Below, piece by piece: positions 1 through 12,400 of a stretch of DNA of 64,000 bases. The stretch covers positions 46,686,001-46,750,000 of the forward strand of contig CM059438.1 in NCBI GenBank assembly GCA_030390025.1. Direction: 5' to 3'. Source of the DNA: Squalus acanthias. Taxonomy: Eukaryota. Position 1 is the first letter of the stretch. Each line of letters begins with the position of its first letter. The translations under genes and the position numbers were made by a program. The notes under the pieces were generated by a model. It did not search any database, had not been told where the DNA came from, and saw nothing but the letters and a program-made list of their open reading frames with translations.

Positions 1-690
1 CACAGAGTTAAGCATGTGGGTACAGCAAGCAATAAGGAAGGCAAATGGCATGTTGGCCTTTATTACAAGGGGGTTGGAGTACAAGAGTAAGGAAGTCTTG
101 CTACAATTGTACAGGGCCTTGGTGAGACCTGGAGCATTGGGCACAGTTTTGGTCTCCTTATCTGAGGAAGGATATACTTGCCTTAGAAGGGGTGCAACCA
201 AGGTTCACTAGATTGATTCCTGGGATGAGAAGGTTGTACTATGAGGAGAGATTGAGTAGATTGGGCCTATACTCTCTGGAGGTTAGAAGAATGAGAGGTG
301 ATCTCATTGAAAGATAATAAATTTTGAGGGGGGATTGACAGGGTAGATGCCGAGAGACTATTTCCCCTGGCTGGAGAGTCTAGAACTAGGGGGCATAGTC
401 TCAGGGTAAGGGGTCGGCCATTTAAAACTTAGATGAGGAGGAATTTCTTCACTCAGAGGGTTGTGAATCTTTGGAGTTCTCTATCCTAAAGGGCTGTGGA
501 TGCTGAGTCTTTGAGTATATTCAAGGCTGAGATAGATAGATTTTTGGACTCTAGGGGAATCAAGGGATATGGAGAGTGGGCAGGAAAGTGGAGTTGAAGT
601 CAAAGATCAGCCATGATCTTATTGAATGACGGAGCAGGCTCGAGGGGCCGTATGACCTTCACCTGCTCCTAACTCTTAGGTTCTTATGTT
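1..690 (+). mobile_element. CR1-type LINE 3' fragment (RT C-terminus plus 3' UTR with ttcttatg tail)
   Basis: ORF 14..211 QAIRKANGMLAFITRGLEYKSKEVLLQLYRALVRP; typical CR1 3' end. Confidence 0.88.
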
Positions 691-722
691 CTGACGAAAG
701 GTCTTTGACTTGAAACGTTAAC
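688..722 (+). ncRNA. Minimal hammerhead ribozyme motif (Penelope type)
   Basis: gtt-CTGACGA-A-AGGTC-ttt-GACTT-GAAA-CG-TT-aac: both conserved core boxes, stem II, palindromic stem III (AACGTT), short helix I. Confidence 0.7.
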
Positions 723-787
723 TCTGTTTCTCTCTCCACGGATGCTGCCTGGCCTGCTGAGTTTTTCCAGCGTTTTCTGTTGTTATT
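691..787 (+). mobile_element. Penelope-like element terminal fragment inserted in the CR1 tail
   Basis: Same terminal sequence as 3748-3820 and 61478-61577 (gttaactctgtttctctctccac.gatgctgcctg.cctgctgag); flanked by ttcttatgttct repeats. Confidence 0.75.
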
Positions 788-1349
788 TCTTATGTTCTTA
801 TGTTGCATTAAGGACTGGTCATTCTGTAACTTCTGTTAACTGTGCTGACTTTGATTTTTGCCTATTCTGATTCAGTCGATAGGCAGTTCACTACCATCTG
901 CCAACATGCACCTACACAGACCAAATTCAACAGCAGCATATCGCACCGGCAGGACACCATTTTACAATTCGCGCGGCATACCCTGAATACAAGGCACTCG
1001 TTACCATTTCGGCACCAGCAGTGTCTCCTTTTCAACAGTGAAGGTTTCTGCACCTTCAACATTCAGATGGTACAAGGTCACTGGCAAAGAATTAGGCGAG
1101 TTAATGCTAATTTTCTGGGGAGTCTTTACAGTGTACACATCGCGAGGGAGCCCAGGGCTGCACGACTGTTTCATGATGGGAGTGGGGGGGATGGGGGGGG
1201 GAGTGGGGAGTGGGGGGGAAGACAGAGTGCAAGGCTGTATGACACCTCCCCAGACTCCACAGGACTGGGTCTACAATGACTAATACTGGCAAGGTAGATA
1301 TAACAACAGCGGTTTGTGCTTCTGCATATACACTAGCAAAACTACATAT

Positions 1350-1755
1350 CACATAGAATTCACAGTACAGAAACAGTCAGTCAGTCATTCGGCCCAACTA
1401 GTCTATGCCGGTGTTTATGCTCCACACGAGCCTCCTCCCACTCTATTGACTTCATCTCACCCTATCGACATATTCTATTCCTTTCTCTCTCGTGCTTATC
1501 TAGCTTCCCTTTAAATGCATCAATGCTGTTCGCCTCAACTACTCCCTGTGGTATCGAGTTCCACCTTCTCACCACTCTGAGTAAAGAAGTTGCTCCTGAA
1601 TGCCTTATTGGATTTATTAATGACTATCTTATATTCATGGCCCCAATTATTGGTCTCCCCCACAAGTGGAAACACCTTCTCTACATCTACCCTATCAAAC
1701 CTGTTCATAAATTTGAAGAACTCTATCAGGTCACCCCTCAGCCCCCTCTTTTCTA
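1350..1755 (-). mobile_element. Degenerate CR1-type LINE 3' fragment
   Basis: Reverse complement resembles the CR1 3' ends elsewhere in the window. Confidence 0.65.
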
Positions 1756-2309
1756 GAACTGGAAGAGAAAAGATGAATTTTCATTGAACACACACTCAGT
1801 CGAACACATTAAACTTCCACGTTATTTCGTAATCTACACTGCATTACGCAACAAACACACCGTTGTGCCAATGCCAACTATGTTAGCTTAAAATTTACAA
1901 ATATCTCTGAAAATACATTATTGCACGCTTTCCTCGACTGGGCAATCACTTGTTGCTAACGAGTCCGCCCATAGCAACACAACCCAACACTGGTATCAGT
2001 TTCTACAACTGCATGAAATCCTATTCCACTGGAAAGCACAATGGCTTCAATTGAGAACTTGTTCAAAAAAAAAATGTACAAAGGCGTGGCGGAGTCAAGG
2101 ATACATCAGAGAATGGATCGACAGTCTGGGGAACCAGCTTGGAATCAGCAGCAGTGTATTTAAAAACAATAGAGGATGTTATTTCAGTCCTTTTGGCAGA
2201 AAAAGCGTCAAAAAGCATGCTCGCTTCGGAGTCAGAGGGTCGCGCGTTCAAGTCCGGACTCCAGAGACTTGAACACATAATCCAGGCTGACACTGCAGTA
2301 CAATACTAG

Positions 2310-4092
2310 AATCTGTCATGAGGGGCAGAGTGACTGAGCATTTGGACAAATATGAACTGATCAGAGAGAGCCAGCCTGGATTTGTAAAGGGCAAGTCATG
2401 TCCAATGAACCTAGTTGAATATTTTGAGGTGGTAACGAACGTGGTAGATAAGGGAGTGTCTATGGATGTTATCTATATGGTCTTCCAGAAGGCATTCGAC
2501 AAGGTTCCACATAAGGGACCGTTAACAAAAATGAAAGGGCATCTAATTGGAGGCAACCTATTGGCTTGGATAGGAAATTGGTTAGGAGATAGGAGACAGA
2601 GATTAGGGATAATGGGTATGGACTCAAATTGTCAGGATGTGACCAGTGGTGCCCCCAAGGATCTGTACTGGGGCCTCAGCTTTTCACTATATTTATAAAT
2701 GACCTGGATGAAGTAATAGAGAGCCGCACATCTAAGTTTGCTGATGACACTAAGTTAGCTGGCACAGTCAATAGTATAAATGAGAGCAGAAAGTGGCAAA
2801 GGAATATTGATAAATTAAGTGAGTGGGCAAAACTGTGGCAGATGCAGTTCAATGTGGGAAAGTGTGAGATCATCCACTATGGATCTAAGAAAGATAGATC
2901 AGAGTAAATGGCGAGAAGCTAGGAACTGTGGATGAGCAGAGAGATTTAGGGGTCCAAGCACAGAAACACTAAAAGCCAGTGGACAGCTACAAACGGAATG
3001 TTGGCCTTTATCTCAGGAGGGTTGGAATACAAAGGGTGGAAATTATGTTACAGCTGTACAGAGCTCTGGTTAGACCCCTTCTGGAGTACAGCACTCAGTT
3101 CTGGGCACTGCACCTCAGGAAGATTACATTGGCCATGGTGGGGGTGCAGCACAGATCCACCAGAATGATACCGGGGCTAAAAGGGTTTAAATTATGGGGA
3201 CAGGTTGCACAGACTAGGCTTGTAATCCCTTGAGTATAAAAGATTAAGGGATGATCTAATTGAGGTGCTTAGGATTAAAGGATTTGACAGGGTAGAGAGA
3301 GAGAAACTATTTCCTCTGATGAGGGGAGTCCAGAACATTGGGGAGACCAAACGCAGATTGGGTGACCACTTTGCGGAACACCTCTGTTCAGTCCGTGAGC
3401 GTGACCCCGAGCTTCCAGTCGTCTGTCATTTTAATTCTCTGCCCCACTCCCACTCTGACCTCTGCCTCCTTCACTGTTCAAATGAAGCTCAACATGAACT
3501 CGAGGAACAGCCTTCAGCTTTCTATAAGGCACTTTACAGCCTTCCGGATTCAACATTTGAGTTCAAAAATTTCAGATCATAACCTCTGCCCCCATTTTTC
3601 CAGACGGCAGCTGCTGCTGATGATGATTCTGCTATTCCCATTTACACCTCCTCTAAACCCATCTTTTGATTCTTTACTTGTCCCATTACCATCTCCTTTC
3701 GCCTTGTATCATCATCGCTTTTGTCATTTAATCTCTCCTGCCTTTTACGTTAACTCTGTTTCTCTCTCCACAGATGCTGCCTGACCTGCTGAGTATTTCC
3801 AGCATTTTCTGTTTTTATTTCAGAGTTCCAGCATCCGCAGTATCTTGCTTTTGTATTAGAGTCCAGAACAAGGGTTTATAACCTTAAATTAGAGCTAAGC
3901 CGTTCAGTGGTGATGTCAGAAAGCACTTCCTCACACAAAGGGTAGTGGAAACCTGGAACTCTCTTCCCCAAAAAGCTGTTGAGGCTGGGGGTCAACTGAA
4001 ATTTTTGTTAGACAAGGGGATAAACGGTTACGGAACCAAAGTGGGTAGATGGAGTTAAGATACAGATCAGCCATGATCTAACTGAATAGCAG
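2310..4092 (+). mobile_element. CR1-type LINE reverse transcriptase fragment (frameshifted), interrupted by a Penelope insert
   Basis: ORFs with GFVKGKSC..NL, FQKAFDKVPH, PQGSVLGPQLFTIFINDLD, SKFADDTKL. Confidence 0.92.
3338..3858 (+). mobile_element. Penelope-like retroelement fragment (GIY-YIG endonuclease C-terminus) with 12-bp TSD
   Basis: IGETKRRLGDHFAEHLCSV...HFNSLPHSHSDL...LEEQ; duplication gagtccagaaca at 3326-3337 and 3859-3870. Confidence 0.88.
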
Positions 4093-4119
4093 AACAGCTT
4101 TGCTCTGCTGTTCTGATGA

Positions 4120-4460
4120 GTGCTGCACTGTCGGAGGTGCCGTCTTTCAGACGAGTTAAACCGAGGCCCCATCTGCCCTCAAGGTGGGCATAAAAGATCC
4201 CATTACACTCTTTGAAGAAGTGTAGGGGAGCTCTCCCCGGTGTCCTGGCCAATATTTATCCCTCAACAAACATCACTAAAACAGAAGATCTGGTCATTAT
4301 CTCATTGCTGTTTGTGGGAGCTTGCTGTGCACAAATTGGCTGCCACGTTTCCTACATTACAACAGTGACTACACTCCAAAAATACTTCACTGGCTGTAAA
4401 GTGCTTTGGGATATCCTGAGGTCGAGAAAGGTGCTATATAAATGCAAGTTCTTTCTTTCT
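4120..4460 (+). mobile_element. Deu-type SINE, 5'-truncated
   Basis: Shares its body with 18150-18577 and ends in gctatataaatgcaagt. Confidence 0.8.
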
Positions 4461-5004
4461 ATTGTGTGAAAGGGTTACATTTTTATTTTTATCAAGTCTT
4501 AGAAATGTACAGTATTGCTTTGCACCACATTTATCAGCAGCATAAAGGTGAAAATCTGACAGTAGAACTGCACATTTCTAAATAACGTGTCCAACTTGAA
4601 GTTTACCTGTTCTATTTTATTTTCTAAGTCAGGCAAATACCACGTTGTAACTGTGACTATTCTGCATGCTGTAAGGATTGCTTGTTACAGCATGATAAGA
4701 GGGTGGATGTTCCTTATTGAAACAGCTAATGTTATGATTTGCCTCATTAGTTATTCATGGATCGTGCCTATTGCCGGGAGCTCACTTAGTCTCAGGCAGG
4801 CAGGAAACCTCAGCTTTTCAGACAATGCCGCTGAATGCCTCCATTCATGCAATGAAGCAAGAGTCCACTAGGCATCCCGTGCAGTCAGTCAGTATCTGGA
4901 AGGAACACTAGGTTAACTTCCAGAACCCACGTCTCATACGCCATACATTGGGGGAAACACATTTTGCTCGTACTCTCAATTTCTGTTTGGTTGTACATTA
5001 TTTT

Positions 5005-5360
5005 TATTTTATTCATTCTCGGGATGTGGACGACGCTAGCAAGGCCGGCGTTTATTGCCCAGTCCTAGTTGCCCTCGAGAAGGTGGTGGTGAGCTGCCTC
5101 CTTCTTGAACTATGGCAGTCCATGTGGTGAAGGTACTCCCACAGTGCTGCTAGGGAGGGAGTGCCAGGATTTTGACCCAGTGACGATGAAGGAACGGCGA
5201 TATATTTCCAAGTCAGGATGGTGTGCGAATTGGAGGGGAACTTGGAGTTGGTCGTGTTCCCATGCACTTGCCCTTCTAGTTGGTAGAGGTCATGGGTTTG
5301 GGAGGTGCTGTCGAAGAAGCCTTGTCGAGTTGCTGCAGTGCATCCTGTGGATAGTATATT
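5005..5360 (-). mobile_element. LINE 3' fragment, second CR1-like family
   Basis: Homologous to 27420-27935 and 57590-57880 (HTILTWKYIAVPSSSLGQNPG frame). Confidence 0.75.
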
Positions 5361-5914
5361 TGATTTGAACTGTGCCCAGTAAGTTTCCTTCTAATGGATG
5401 TTGATGTAGTGCAGAAGCCAATGTTACTGAAGGTTATTGGGCCTCTGCGTCAAGCCTACGCAGAGACACTATTAATACATTGGGTGGATGTGGCACTTAG
5501 ATGATGGTCTCATCTGTGGCAGACTGACTGGTTTATGACTCATGTTGCCTGCAGTGTTGAACTGGGCTATCTTCTGGCTGATTGTCAGGGTCTTGCTCTG
5601 CCTTTGGCTGCAGGTGACTGCTCTATGGTTAGGTGAGCAAAACTGTGCAACATGCATCAAGAGAAGAATAATCTTGGCAAGTCTGGCGGGGCAGTATTAT
5701 AATATGGCGGATGTGAGTTTTAGATGATAATACGGCCCCTGATCTATCTAAGCATCTCAAGCAGTACTTAGAAAGATGCTTATAGTATGCGTAGTAATAA
5801 TACTGGTGACTGCACGCACCCCTGTGTATCTTTGGTCATCTACTGTTCCTGGCTGTTGCAATAGTGTCATAAGCCAGGGTTGAAGAGGGCAGCCTTGGTC
5901 TTCCAGGAGCTTCT

Positions 5915-6197
5915 AGTTTCAAGGTAAGGGGCAGGAGGTTTAGAGGGGATTTGAGGAAAAACTTTTTCACCCAGAGGGTGGTTGGAATCTGGAACTCACT
6001 GCCTGAAAGGGTGGTAGAGGCAGGAACTCTCACAACATTCAATAAGCATTTAGATGAGCACTTGAAACGCCATAGCATACAAGGCTACGGACCAAGTGCT
6101 GGAAAATGGGATTAGAATAGACAGGGCTTGATGGCCGGCGCGGACACGATGGGCCGAAGGGCCTCTTTCTGTGCTGTATAACTCGATGACTCTATGA
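5915..6197 (+). mobile_element. CR1-type LINE 3' end
   Basis: tttttcacccagagggtggttggaatctggaactcactgcctg...gggccgaagggcct; tail gactctatga. Confidence 0.8.
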
Positions 6198-7014
6198 GCC
6201 ACCCTTGTAGTCCACCTACTCCTTTTAAAGTAAACCCAAGCACAGACGATTATTTTAAAGTGGAGCTATTACGACTGGTGCCTGGGAAGCAAGCATTCCT
6301 CTGCATGATTGCTGGACAATTACCACTTGTACATTGATGGAAAGGAATCCCTTGCAGCTCACGAAGCCGTGGGATTGTGTTGCACACCATCATTAGTGCC
6401 CTAGACTTTGGGACGTGGCAACACACTGGGTCATCTCATTCTGCTGCCTGTTTTTCGTGGGGTAAAGTAATGAAGGTGTTCGACCCGGGAAACGATGCAT
6501 CAGTGCACTGCAGGTTTACCGGTATTGCTCAGAATGAGCCTGCAGCATGCAAGTTCAAGGCCGTGGTGACCTTGACTGCCATTGGGTGGTGCCATCTCTG
6601 TGGTGGAGTTTGCCCACAGATCAGCTTCCAGCAGATGGTGCTGGTCCATCACAGCCTTTCCGGGTGAGGAGGAGCCCGGAAGAGAAGATTTCCCCAGGGC
6701 GTTCCCATGGAGTGGTGCAGTTGGAGCCATGCATATTTGAGAGTCTGGGAAACATTTACAACTGAGACATTTTGCCCTGTAGACACACTGGACAAGCTCC
6801 AATGCCCTAAGGACACATCACATGCTCCAGATGTAAAATTTTAAATTATATAGATACAATAGCCATTAAAATGTCTTAAAGCACATCACACAAATTATTT
6901 TTGAAGTTCAATGACTGTTGCTTTGCTTTGCAGATGAACATTGCAACAATTCTCTGCCAGTAACATCCCACAAGGAGCACAATGAGATGTATAACTAAAT
7001 AGCTGGTTATTCAA

Positions 7015-7340
7015 GAACATGAGAAATAGGAGTAGGCCATTCGGCCCTTCGAGCCTGCTCCGCCATTCAATAAGATCATGGCTGATCTTCTACCTCATCT
7101 CCACCTTTCCACACTATCCCCATATCCCTGGAGTCCCTTAGTATCCAAAAATCTATCAATCTCTGTCTTGAATATACTCAATGACTGAGCATCCACAGCT
7201 CCCTGGAGTAAAGAATTCCAAAGATTCACAACCCTTTGAGTGAAGAAATTTCTCCTCATCTCAGTCCTAAATGGCTGACCCCATATTCTGAGGCTGTGAC
7301 TCCTAGTTCTAGACCCCCCAGCCAGGGGAAACATCCGCTC
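7015..7340 (-). mobile_element. CR1-type LINE 3' end
   Basis: ORF 7095..7334 MRRNFFTQRVVNLWNSL. Confidence 0.85.
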
Positions 7341-7994
7341 ATAGTTGAGGGGGGAATATTGGCCAGGAGACCGAGCAAACTCTGCTCTTCTTAAAATACC
7401 ACCATGGGATCTTTAATGACCCAGACCTCTCAAACACACAGACAGGAACTCACTTTATCATCTGAAGGACAGCACTTCCAACAAAACAGCACTCCCTCAC
7501 TACTACACTGGAGTGTCAAGCTAGATTAGGTCTTCAAATCCTGGCATGGACTTGACCCCATAAGCTTCTGGTTCACAGGTGGGACTATTGCCTATTAAGC
7601 CAATTAGACACACACTACAACTCTGTAGCTGTGGAATCCTGCACAAACTCTAACAAGCTAAAGTCATAAAGTCAGACTTTTCTCTCACTTTTTACTGGCC
7701 TTTTGTTGAACACCACTTTTTGGAAGAGTGTGAATGCTCAAATTTATACTAAACATGGACAAAGTTGTCTGTTGGCACTTTCACCCAATACTACATCACT
7801 TTTTCCCCAAACATCACCTTCGCTAAGATTAGCAAAAAGAGAGGAACGTCAGATCCTCCATTCCATAATCAGAACGTATCTTAAATATGAGTAATTAGAA
7901 AAGCAACAGCATAACTGAACGACAACCACACCCTCCAATTTCAGGTGCTTTGTCTGATGATTCCACCGGATTAGACAAGAATGATCACTTTACA

Positions 7995-8630
7995 ATAGAA
8001 TCTGTAGCACAGAAGGTGGACATTCAGCCCATCGTGCCTGTGCCAGCTCTTTCAAAGAGCTCTCCAATTAGTCCCACTCACTGCTCTTTCCCCATAGCCC
8101 TGCGAAATGTTCCTTTCCAAGTATACATCCTATTCCTTTTTGAAAGTTACTACTGAATCTGCTTCCACCCACCTTTCAGGCAGAACATTCCAGGTCATCA
8201 TAACTCGCTACCTCATTGCCCTCTGGTTCTTTTAGCCAATTATCTTAAACCTGTGTCCTCTGGTTACCGACCCTCTGCCACTGGAAACAGTTTCTCCTTA
8301 TTTACTCTATCAAAACCCTTTATAATTTTGAAGACCTTTATTAAATCTCCACTTAAGGTTCCCTGCTCGGAGGAGAACAACCCCAGCTTCTCTCGTCTCT
8401 CTCCACATAACTGAAGTCCCTCATCCCTGGTGCCATTCTAGTAAATCTCCTCTACACCCTCTCCAAGGCCTTGACATCCTTCCTAATGTCTGATGCCCAG
8501 AATTGGACACAATACTCCCGCTGAGGCCTAACCAATAATTTAGAAAGGTTTAGCATAACTTCCTTGCTTTTGTACTTCGTGGCTCTGTTCATAAAGCCCA
8601 GGATTCCGCAAGGCAAACACTTATCAACTT
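7995..8630 (-). mobile_element. CR1-type LINE 3' fragment
   Basis: Homologous to 35155-35680; RT C-terminal region plus 3' UTR. Confidence 0.8.
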
Positions 8631-8778
8631 ATCTTGCCCCCTGCAACTGCTCCAAATAGCCGTTGGACTTGCACGCATCTACTGTAATGGTTCCAAATGC
8701 AGGTCAGGAGCCAACAATTCAGTTGTGGTTTTTATTTTTCTGGAGGCCGTAAAAAAACAAAACGAAATTACATCTTAC

Positions 8779-8853
8779 CTGTCCAGCTCAATCCCAGATG
8801 ATCCGCTACGATGGCCGTCCTGATATCTGTCCTCTCGCACGGGCTCTGAGGAC
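8779..8853 (-). CDS. ANK3: Ankyrin-G exon, start of death domain: (G)PQSPCERTDIRTAIVADHLGLSWT(E)
   Basis: Manual translation; acceptor accgcag, donor G|gtaaga; 75 nt, phase 1 to 1. The next death-domain exon was not found in 1-8778. Confidence 0.96.
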
Positions 8854-9499
8854 CTGCGGTTTCAAACACTGAATTAGACCAACATTCCACGTCACACACA
8901 CATCACATCCAACATTTTGGTCATCAAGCTACTCGTGCCCGTATTATAAACGACATGAACGTGCCCTAGTGACCTACACAAGCGTAAATCCTACCGCGGA
9001 TCTGAAGTCAGGTCCAGATTCAGGAACGCTGAATGTAATAAATTATGTAATATCACAGTGCAATATTGATAATGGATCTAAACATGCTGAAAACACCCAA
9101 GAACTTTTGTTAATGTCGTACAACTAGAGGTGATGAACAAACTATATGGATATTTTTTTTAAATAAAAGTTCTTGCGACACCAGTGTTGCACCTTCTCGT
9201 CTGACTTACACGTAATCGTAGGACTGCAGAGAAGACATGGCCTAATAATGCTCTCTGCTTAAAGTTGGCCGGCATGCTTAACTAAGTGAGACTATTGGGA
9301 TTACATTGGAGAAAAAGGGGGATACGAGACAACACAAACAATGACAATGACGACATGGTAGCTAAGGGTAAATCACGCCACAGGCAATCACAAATAATCA
9401 TGCACTAAAGATCAACAAGTCGAAAATTTTACAAACTAGGCTTGATCTCCGCGATGCGAGCCACGCGAGGCCCAGAAACCTGACTGCTTTCCTCCCCAC

Positions 9500-12400
9500 C
9501 AGTCCTTTTACTGTTCCTTGTCTCACTGTAGACCTTTTCAACCTTTGATTTTAAAGGTGCTGCCTCTGGTCTCATATCTCTAGGAGACCTCGATGTAATG
9601 GAAGGTAGGCCGGCTTCCGATAAGGATGCATTTCTCGACGTGCTGTCTTCATCATCAGAGATCTCTGACTGCACTTTTTTCTCTTCATCGGCAAGTCGAT
9701 CCACAAGCTTTAACGCCTCGCCGCTAATCCCTTTAAAATATTCAACTGAATGCTTACAGACTTCACTCAACTGCCCCTTTCCTGCTCTACTTGATTTAAT
9801 CGTGGCAGTGCTGGATCTTACCTTAACTGGTAGTCTGGAATTAAACTGCTTAGATTTTACTTTTTCTACCTGTCCCTGCCCTAAACTGGATTGAGATACT
9901 GCCGCTGGAGGTGAATTAGTTTTGTCAATATTTTTAATGGGAATTCTAGATTTTGTCTCAAAACATTTGGGAGGATCTGCTTTTCCCTTTAACTCACTCT
10001 TCCTAGGCTGTTTCATCTTGCATGCTGCCGTTTTCTGCTCTTTATGAGAAACCGATGATGGCGTCACGGACGTTTTTACCGGAAGTCTCGATTTGGGCTT
10101 TTTTACTGGTTCTGCGACTTGCTTATCTAGTTGTACTATATCGCTTGCTGGGGTTGCCAATGAAACTGGATTTTTCTCACTTGTTTGGACATCCAGTTCA
10201 ATTTTTGGTTTGGCTTTAGACTGACTACTATTCTGACTGCAGTCAGTAGCTGGGACTGGGGAATCAAGTTTGTCATTACAATTACTTATTGGCAAATCGA
10301 CCCTTTCATTTTGTCTGATACATTCCTGGCTCGTAGCTCTAGTCTCAACTGTAGCCATTTCTAAGACTGTATGTTCTGAAACCTGATAATCTAACAGCAC
10401 AGCATCAGCTTTAACTTCGACCACCTCGGTTGCACCCGTATCTTTCTTCATCGTCATTGTAGAAGCGGAAATTCCCATTTTAATTGGCGTGCGTAATTTA
10501 GGATCAACTTTAGCAGCAATGGCCGATGAGGATTTGTCCGCTGCGTTGCCGCTGGATACCGTTTCCAGGCAATCTCCACTAGCCTGGACTTTCTCATGCT
10601 CAACTTGTGGTGTCTCTACTGTCGCCTCAGTTGTATTGTCCCCTGACTGAGGCAGTGTTGCGACTACAAGTGTGTTTTTAACCCTTTCCCCCTTGTCCCC
10701 TGACTTCCCTTCAGCAGTATGCTCACCAATTTGGAAAAATTGGAGCCTTTCTTCAACAAAATCCCTCTTGCTCATGTCAATTGCACCACTGCGAGTCATC
10801 TCAAACATCTTCCCTTCATGAAATGGGAAGGGATTAGGCTCACTAGTTGGAGTGCTCTCATCTGTTGGGGTTCTGGCTGGGGTTGTATCTGGTGTTGTTG
10901 CTTGGGACCTGTCCTCTACTGCTAAGCCAAAGGCTTTTTGCTCATCCTCTCTCAACCTAGCTTCAAAGACTTCATCGTCCCCTCGGCCGTTAGACCATGG
11001 ATCAAAGTCAAGGCCTTTGGTAGCAACAGTTTTAAACGGGGTTGCAAATTCTTCCTCTAGTTTGTAACTAAAATATGTATCATTAAACCCAGTTCTGTCA
11101 GGATGCCTGCCTTCCAAAGTGAAGATCTCGGGTCCTGGTTTACCATCAGTTTGCCCTTCGCCTTTCTTTTCAGAAGTCTGAGCTTTAGACTGTAAGGGTG
11201 CTTCTTCTTCAGCGCCTACCTTTCCTTCTTCCTCAATTACTGCAAGTTTACCCTGGCTATAGGAACGATCCCCCTGCTTCAATATCCCTTCAGTGACCCA
11301 TACATCCATCTTGGTTTCTATTCCCTGATTCAAGGATTTAGAGTCCGTTTCAGTTAAACCATCGTCTTCGTCCTGCAGGTCGTATCCATCAAGAGAGTCA
11401 ACTTCTGTGGCATCGGTGTCGTGGGAGAACTCTGCGGTCGTTGCTATGGAGCACTCGGTGACCGACTGGTCGTTATTGCCATTTGGGACTGCGTCGTCCT
11501 CCGAGTTATCGTCTAAAGCAAATTCGTCGTCAACATTTTGGGGATCGTCGGGATTGTCGAGCTTCCCTGTGGCTTTACATCTCGGTGAGCCAGCAGGGCC
11601 GTCGTCATGGAGCTTAAAGGTGTACTTTTTCAGCGGAGCAGGCTGAAAGATGGATTCGTCGCTGCTCGAATCACTTTCATTGGCCCCGGGCGGGATTGGG
11701 GAGGGCGGCTGGACACGGATGACAGGATCAGCCAGGAAGTGTTTGTCATGCTCTTCCTGCAAATTCAGCTCAATCATGTCTAGCTCGTCCTCAGCAATGG
11801 CACAGCGCTCTTTTTTCCTCATGACAGGCGTCTCTGCGTCCAAGGCGTTGATGGGCGGGGGCGGAGGGAACTCAATGTAGGCCACGCGGTTTTCTTTCGT
11901 TCGTTTGTCATTTCCATCCGATTCGCTCGGCTTCGCGGGTCTCGTCGCAAATCCACTCGCTTCTTTAACGGAGGCCGCTTTGGCCAGCTCTTCCTCTTCT
12001 GACTCTTCGGAAACTTCTGGGATTGGACTGGGTTTTCCGTGCATGGCTGGTAACTGGGAAGAAAGCTCGTAGCTGATTTCCTCAGAACTGGGCGTTTCAG
12101 GTGTAAGAGGACTTTTACCAGAACTTTCGATAAGCGATACTTGTTCCAAGGTGTCATCTTCTGGACTACCCTGAGGAGAGGGGGGCTGTTTGTGCGGTCT
12201 AACTGCATAAAAAGTGCCTCTCGTCTCCTGTACTGTCCTGCTCTCCTGACTGATTATTCTTTTAAAACTTCCTTGGTGTGGGCCTGCAGTTTCTTTTTCA
12301 TACTGTTTGCCCATTTGAACAATGCTGACGTACACAGGCAAAGTCTTTATCTCCTTAAAACCTTCAATGCTCGCTAAGGGTGCTACTTTTTCCAAATACT

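Noticed and set aside
842-1352. Overlapping 66-145-aa ORFs as the next death-domain exon
   Set aside because: No ELARELNF/QIRVENPNSL-like sequence on the minus strand; that exon probably lies left of the window
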